10,615 nucleotides of DNA from Candidatus Aenigmatarchaeota archaeon (GTDB taxonomy: Archaea > Aenigmatarchaeota > Aenigmatarchaeia > QMZP01): NCBI GenBank assembly GCA_038999435.1, contig JAVZYR010000019.1:1-10615 (forward strand). Reading direction: 5' to 3'. The notes beneath the pieces were generated by a model, which made no database searches, was not told where the DNA came from, and saw only the letters and a program-made list of their open reading frames with translations. A program made the position numbers and the translations under genes. Position 1 is the first letter of the stretch. Every line of letters begins with the position of its first letter. Shown here in pieces: positions 7,901 to 10,615 of this stretch.

Positions 7901-10615
7901 TTACTTTGTGAATTTCACAGACCTGTCTGATGGTGTGTATTACTTCAATGCAAGCGCTTATGATGCTGCAGGCAATATCAATTCAACAGAAACAAGAACA
8001 ATAATTCTTGATACACAAGCTCCTAACTATAGCGATGATCAAGATGATTCAGGGGGAAGCGTTGTCGAAGGAACAATTGTAAATATCAGTGTTTTATGGC
8101 AGGATAATCATCAGCTTGATACAGCAATATTTAGAACAAACCAATCAGGTTCATGGCAAAATGTTTCAACCTGTGCTTTGAGTGGAGCAATTTCATGGTG
8201 TAACACGACAATCGACACAAGTGGAGATGCAGGCAAATGCATTTGCTGGAATCAATGGGCAAATGACAGTGCAGGCAACTTAAATACCAGCATGTCTGAA
8301 ACAGCTCACTGCTTTAATGTAACAGCTATAGATAAACCACCAATCTGGTCAGACAACCAAACAAACATTCCGGCAATATACAGCCTCAATGCAAGCCAAT
8401 TTAACATAACATGGCAGGATGATGTAGAGGTGTCAGTCGTTTTGATTGAAGGTAATTGGTCTGGAGAACCTAAAAATTATACAATGGCTCTGATTGCTGG
8501 AAATTCCAGCAATGGGACATATTCTTATTCACAGGTCCTCCCTGCAGGCACATTTTATTGGCGTTCGCGGGCCAATGATACGGCCAATCAATGGAATACC
8601 TCAGATGTGTGGATATTTACAATCAACAAAGCAACAACAAGCCTCAATCTCTCAGCACAGCCTGCCTGGTCAGTAACATACGGCACTCAAACAAACATAA
8701 CATGCTCTGCAAACAACAACGAAGCCCAGATAGCCCTATACAGAAATGACAGCCAAGTTGCATCCGGCTATGGCCTTGTCTATGAAAGCACAACGCTCGC
8801 AGCCGGCCTTTGGAACTATACATGCAACACATCAGGTTCACAGAACTGGACTGCTGCATCTGTCTCAAATCTGTTGACAGTCAACAAAGCACCAACGACT
8901 GTCAACCTAACGCTGAATGGCGTTGAGGACAACATCACCATCACATATCCACAGACAGTCACAGCCATCTTCTGGACAAATGCACTGACAGCCACATTGT
9001 ATAGAAATGGCACAGATGTCAGCTCTGAAAACAACACCGCTATAATCTTGCCAGCAGGATATTGGAATTACACAGTCATCAATCTAGGCAATGAGAACTA
9101 TACAGGCAGCAGCAAGACGCTCTTTGCAACTGTCAATAAAGCAACATCCTCATGCTCCTTAACATTCAATCCACCATCCCCAACAACCTATGGCATCGCC
9201 ACAACCGCAACCTGTACATGCACAAATCCTGAGGCAAGCGCAAGGCTATGGAGAAATGGTACAGACATCACAAGCGAGAATGGCACTGCCATCATCCTAC
9301 CAGCCGGTGCATGGTCATATGTCTGCAATGTCAGCGAAAGCCAGAACTACACCTCAGCCAGCAACAGCTCGATGTATGTTGTGAACAAGGCAACTTCTAT
9401 TCTCAACCTAACGCTGAATGGTGTGGCAGGAAATCTTACAGTGCTAGTGAATAGCTCTGTAAACATAACAGCAAAACTCATAAACCCAACTTCAGGTTAC
9501 ATCGAGTTGTACGAAAATGGCACTATGATAAACAATGGTTCTTCTCCACTGACAAATATAACCTATTACAACATGACAGGGCTGTGGAACATTACAGCTA
9601 TATATCCTGAAACCCAGAATTATACTGGAGCATCAAAAACACATTGGGTAATTGTTACAAATGATACAACTCCACCCATTGTCAGCATTCAGCCATCTGC
9701 AACGAGCCTAATAGTAGGCCAGACCCTGCACGCAAGCTGTTCAGCAACAGACAATATAGGCGTAGCCAGTGTGAACATGAGCATTGATGGCAGCACGTTA
9801 TGTTCTGGTACAACTTCATGTTCTGGCAGTTGGACAGCACAGGCAGGAAACTGGATTTTGACTTGCTATGCAAAGGACCTGTTTGGCAACACAGCCAAAT
9901 CATCGATTGCCATAAACGTTAGATATCCAACACATCACAGACCACCTGCACAACCACCAACATATCAGTTTCCAATAGATATCATATCCCCTGAGCAACC
10001 TGCAGATATTGGTATGAATATTGGACCACTGAGAGGGCTTTCAATTGCAGTTGGTCAAAAAAACAAAAATGTAAACATAAACATATCTGCCAAAGAATGC
10101 CCGCCCATAAACACAACCCGGCCTGTATATGCATGTTTTGAAATCGATCATAACATCAGTAATATCACACAAGTTAATATCAGCTTTTGCGTTAACAATA
10201 GCTGGATTGCTAAAAACAATGTTACAAGTTCTATATTGGCAAGGCTAACTGAAGGCTGGGACAGTTTGTTGACAATAAAAACCAAAGAAAATGAAAACGA
10301 GACATGCTATGAAGCCATCAGTCCGAACCTTTCATGGTTTGCAATACTTGGCTTAACAATCCCACAAGTTTGTCAGCCATTGGCCAAACAGTGTGCTGGA
10401 TATGCATTGCAGCAATGCAATATCGAGGGCACGGGTTGGGTTGATATTGAAAATTGCACATATGGCTGTAATATCAGCATGCTGTCATGCAATCCAGCCC
10501 CAACCCCTGTTTACATCTGTGAGCCTGGTCAGAGGAGATGCGCAGGCAGGGTTGTGCAGGAATGCAATGGCACGGCATGGCTTGATGTGGAGGAATGCAG
10601 GCTTCTTTGTTTTGA
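1917..10615 (+). CDS. Giant multidomain cell-surface glycoprotein/adhesin (>=2899 aa, 3' end beyond the window): basic N-terminal domain, TM, Ig-like repeats, lectin-like domains, PGF-pre-PGF domain, Cys-rich repeats
   Basis: Manual translation from ATG1917 (MHKKFIKKGNKTFGPYYY...) to ...ECNGTAWLDVEECRLLCF at 10613 found no in-frame stop. Its absence from the ORF track agrees with this. TM helix at about 2118-2180; recurrent Ig signatures (D/N-x-x-PP, YxxxxxAND/DxxGN, ETRxxxI); PGF-pre-PGF-like domain near the end. Confidence 0.93.
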   Translation, partial: MHKKFIKKGNKTFGPYYYTTIRDSGKIKSFYLGQDEEIARQKEKEIKKKYDVKELSHTLSYEQEPRPVLPYITLALLITAVLVFPFILQFRLNGLFIGLESVNYEKIQDDPTFDVIVDSVNFEGNNLVVNFHHNSEQAQPVLVMGNISFSLSTDILGPGETAQLAVQDWDGSYFELKVGNESEIIAFYIKAKNRAEQNLPHENQTENVTEPLIESPTSIDYEKIEADSEFDLIIDSVSYEGSDLIVDFHHTSSQTQPITIEGDVVYELSHSQAEGGQQVHLKVFDWTEEKYFEIKIGNQSEIVGFGKIPEYNINTEIFDAEGQPVPAEIIFEKPEIGKMRITESATKMKKGKYDIRVRTAGLPIKEIWIKNVDVKSDISDFIKLDDVPESIGPADAVEVYAIDPTALNFTEALVTATAKGTELYKCKEWDFTERKCNGEWIYLMNIVPGEDYSFVLTPEDPAYAEYNYSNYQIEGHMAWSSDNALSKPPSGGPAVPNEKELNSTQYSQINASDNVRASVASANYRTFRFMFKLNQSASQIVNLTIAWEGYTTGANAAQRRVDLYVWNFTSNSWSASLANNNLAADYWLIYTFAPSSPEEFKHIINSTNHIIFLVETPDPPGTQTFYTDTANISVWYNLPPNVTLVSPPDGNVTTSNAVNFTCNATDDLQLSSITFYWNYSGSWQANGTVSVSGTSNQTTFERTNLSNGAILWNCQACDNESACSFAPANWTVTVNYTPDSPPTVTLSYPPDNYYNDTSQYVNLTFNASVTDDYALVNCSLWHNYTGTWHLNQTQTVTGTSNVTNFTLDDLTNKTFIWNIQCYDNASQSAFAPANRTVILNWTPYNTSIDISLLRLDYSAFPTNDSYNFIGEALEMGEMHHFWPAVNYSYANGSPVLGADISAIFGKDAGIYYGYFGFDPPHIHNHTKIYDFALKEDNYIAVNFTDVYNLTESNSLSITFAVCKVGQSDVTGEVRINNQLSWTGSSLIGNIFSNQTSQCPSDSLVYLKNISAFKDADSFYIMIGCPNCSNSEYYVVPRTNNTNGWFVPNRSLQTESGDSGWQLMPDSEQNNWVIYVHKYFDNFSDFNFTYNSSTGLYIDKSKIYVTEEDSITNITANASKQDHEPATKTEYIVNLPIGTIVNIDDLIDSVTVHQNPQNGTTVEYGNITLIWSAFHPRGIDYFYSNLTYANGSTISYNDTAFVVHWPAELFTEINTIYNLTVWANSTTGQNESEVLWFYVNDTLAPSIYYNPNTTANGTYSKNWIFINVTCSDLKKDTVILNWNGSNESFDNNEGDIYWENKTGLNEGIYTFYAWCNDTSGNSNQTETRIITIYFNKAPQISLNEPSNNTQLNDTQDMNFNFTATDDLNTTLNCSIYLDDNLNQTNSSTLNNTLTNFLIQGISYGSHNWSISCTDGELSNISETRYFVIADTIGPTILFVSPTPDNNTVLSRDWVTINASVSDTASNIDACILEWNGSNESMTKVGSGPNVTCYANKTGLTGNTNYTYKVYANDTSNNWNVSETRNVFIGTPPSVVILHPLPGEVFDENDVVVLVANITDPDGLNLTVAEVTLPNSSKQNVTLYIPPNADNFDTNTVGIAWAIENHTGAGQICVADIDTTIPDMAYTAISGNGSPFTDTYCGLVSMHPICGDFDMNITFNVTYEEGIDYAMLFALTENPTIIGSSKIVFMSIGNWTGYGRTYDVFINDGNISDYISERPTNDTYGKFRIKREGNNFTFYTWNNTANDWYEEAHVENVNMPCALFINLESETAEIGWGSINVTWDDLIINGSQAYTGMFSDTSVSGIYNVTFIARDNLGAINDSEQTYFNISEINDAPSTPYILQPSPGWIIRNTVEIRWSDVYDEENDSLQFNITLLNPDYSENATIVTNYGNASTTSYEWNTTLFQDGNYSLKVVVFENETAEGLSSYSIMTGTFSIDNTPPAIAFIPPTETSGSIINRNYIQVNVTADDEHLDYIEVYLYNSTHLLNQTMSVSSPYFVNFTDLSDGVYYFNASAYDAAGNINSTETRTIILDTQAPNYSDDQDDSGGSVVEGTIVNISVLWQDNHQLDTAIFRTNQSGSWQNVSTCALSGAISWCNTTIDTSGDAGKCICWNQWANDSAGNLNTSMSETAHCFNVTAIDKPPIWSDNQTNIPAIYSLNASQFNITWQDDVEVSVVLIEGNWSGEPKNYTMALIAGNSSNGTYSYSQVLPAGTFYWRSRANDTANQWNTSDVWIFTINKATTSLNLSAQPAWSVTYGTQTNITCSANNNEAQIALYRNDSQVASGYGLVYESTTLAAGLWNYTCNTSGSQNWTAASVSNLLTVNKAPTTVNLTLNGVEDNITITYPQTVTAIFWTNALTATLYRNGTDVSSENNTAIILPAGYWNYTVINLGNENYTGSSKTLFATVNKATSSCSLTFNPPSPTTYGIATTATCTCTNPEASARLWRNGTDITSENGTAIILPAGAWSYVCNVSESQNYTSASNSSMYVVNKATSILNLTLNGVAGNLTVLVNSSVNITAKLINPTSGYIELYENGTMINNGSSPLTNITYYNMTGLWNITAIYPETQNYTGASKTHWVIVTNDTTPPIVSIQPSATSLIVGQTLHASCSATDNIGVASVNMSIDGSTLCSGTTSCSGSWTAQAGNWILTCYAKDLFGNTAKSSIAINVRYPTHHRPPAQPPTYQFPIDIISPEQPADIGMNIGPLRGLSIAVGQKNKNVNINISAKECPPINTTRPVYACFEIDHNISNITQVNISFCVNNSWIAKNNVTSSILARLTEGWDSLLTIKTKENENETCYEAISPNLSWFAILGLTIPQVCQPLAKQCAGYALQQCNIEGTGWVDIENCTYGCNISMLSCNPAPTPVYICEPGQRRCAGRVVQECNGTAWLDVEECRLLCF
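2217..2831 (+). repeat. Two tandem copies of an ~87-aa beta-rich FHH domain within the giant CDS (2217-2477 and 2568-2831)
   Basis: SVNYEKIQDDPTFDVIVDSVNFEGNNLVVNFHHNSEQAQP...DW...YFELKVGNESEIIAF aligns with SIDYEKIEADSEFDLIIDSVSYEGSDLIVDFHHTSSQTQP...DW...YFEIKIGNQSEIVGF. Confidence 0.9.
3312..3824 (+). other. Probable jelly-roll (galactose-binding/CBM-like) domain within the giant CDS
   Basis: Strand pattern FRFMFKL...IVNLTIAWEGY...VDLYVWNFTSNSW...HIINSTNHIIFLV...FYTDTANISV resembles CBM-like beta-sandwiches; recognised by eye only. Confidence 0.5.
3825..8624 (+). repeat. Array of about 12 divergent ~95-105-aa Ig-like domains within the giant CDS
   Basis: Recurrent starts (NLPPNVTLVSP, DSPPTVTLSYP, DTLAPSI, NKAPQISLNEP, DTIGPTILFVSP, NDAPSTP, DNTPPAIAFIPP, DTQAP, DKPP) and ends (WNCQACDN, WNIQCYDN, YAWCNDTSGN..ETR, YANDTSNN..ETR, AYDAAGN..ETR). 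Residual DNA identity: TGGAATGGCTCAAAYGAAAGC at 5757-5777 and 6333-6353 (20/21). Confidence 0.8.
6672..7280 (+). other. Concanavalin A-like lectin/glucanase beta-sandwich domain inserted in an Ig domain
   Basis: DNFD...W, ICGDFDMNITF, GKFRIKREGNNFTFYTW...W and INVTWDDLII match the ConA-like (GH43 C-terminal/DUF1349-type) pattern by eye. Confidence 0.7.
8625..9657 (+). repeat. Four tandem ~84-aa NKA-type Ig-like (group 3-like) repeats
   Basis: Units start at NKA 8625, 8883, 9135 and 9384 (spacing 258, 252, 249 nt). Shared motifs are L(Y/W)xN(G/D), GxW(N/S) and (Q/E)N(Y/W)T. A 19-nt identity TCAACCTAACGCTGAATGG occurs at 8902-8920 and 9403-9421. Confidence 0.88.
9972..10352 (+). other. PGF-pre-PGF-like domain
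   Basis: VYACFEI...ITQVNISFCVNNSWIAKNNV...ILARL...WDSLLT...YEAISPNLSWFAILG matches the archaeal PGF-pre-PGF pattern (VYxYxxI...FxVxxxW...LxR...WxxLxT...YxAxxPGFSxFAI). Confidence 0.8.
10368..10615 (+). repeat. Cys-rich ~45-aa tandem repeats (second copy truncated by the window edge)
   Basis: VCQPLAKQCAGYALQQCNIEGTGWVDIENCTYGCNISMLSC aligns with ICEPGQRRCAGRVVQECN--GTAWLDVEECRLLCF. Confidence 0.85.

Noticed and set aside
3825..9657. CRISPR array or diversity-generating retroelement TR/VR pair suggested by the recurring DNA matches
   Set aside because: Matches are at most about 21 nt, in frame and explained by paralogous protein repeats. There are no regular spacers, no adenine-specific mismatch pattern and no RT or cas gene.
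2006..9903. All short ORFs (60-129 aa) listed by the track in this span
   Set aside because: They are shadows of the giant + strand ORF; the Gln/His-rich alternate-frame products reflect its ACA/AAC/GCA codon bias.
10613..10615. Terminal TGA as the stop codon of the giant ORF
   Set aside because: It is out of frame; the frame reads TGT TTT GA(n), so the gene continues past the window.

Overview
The window holds three co-oriented (+ strand) genes for cell-surface proteins. The source is most likely a DPANN-type archaeon; this is inferred from the TATA-type promoter, the PGF-pre-PGF domain, the very high N-x-S/T density and the style of the Ig repeats. (1) A 5'-truncated gene (<3..1202) with FN3-like domain(s), a CxDGxxNGDExGVDCGGxC Cys module and an M64-like zinc metallopeptidase (HESGHAVFGLVDEY). 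(2) A translationally coupled 198-aa protein with a signal peptide and a C-terminal membrane anchor (1204..1800). (3) A giant ORF missing from the ORF track because it has no stop in the window: ATG 1917 to beyond 10615, at least 2899 codons, translated by hand without an in-frame stop. Its order of parts is: a small basic domain resembling a three-strand-plus-helix nucleic-acid-binding module, one TM helix, a duplicated ~87-aa FHH domain, a Cys/Trp module ending in an Asp-Pro bond, a jelly-roll domain, about 17 sequon-rich Ig-like domains (two with whole domains inserted inside them), a PGF-pre-PGF domain and Cys-rich repeats. The most interesting hypothesis is a receptor-like giant adhesin linking a cytoplasmic putative DNA-binding domain to a possibly self-cleaving ectodomain, with an 11-bp inverted repeat bracketing its own promoter. 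All domain calls are by eye; no searches were run.
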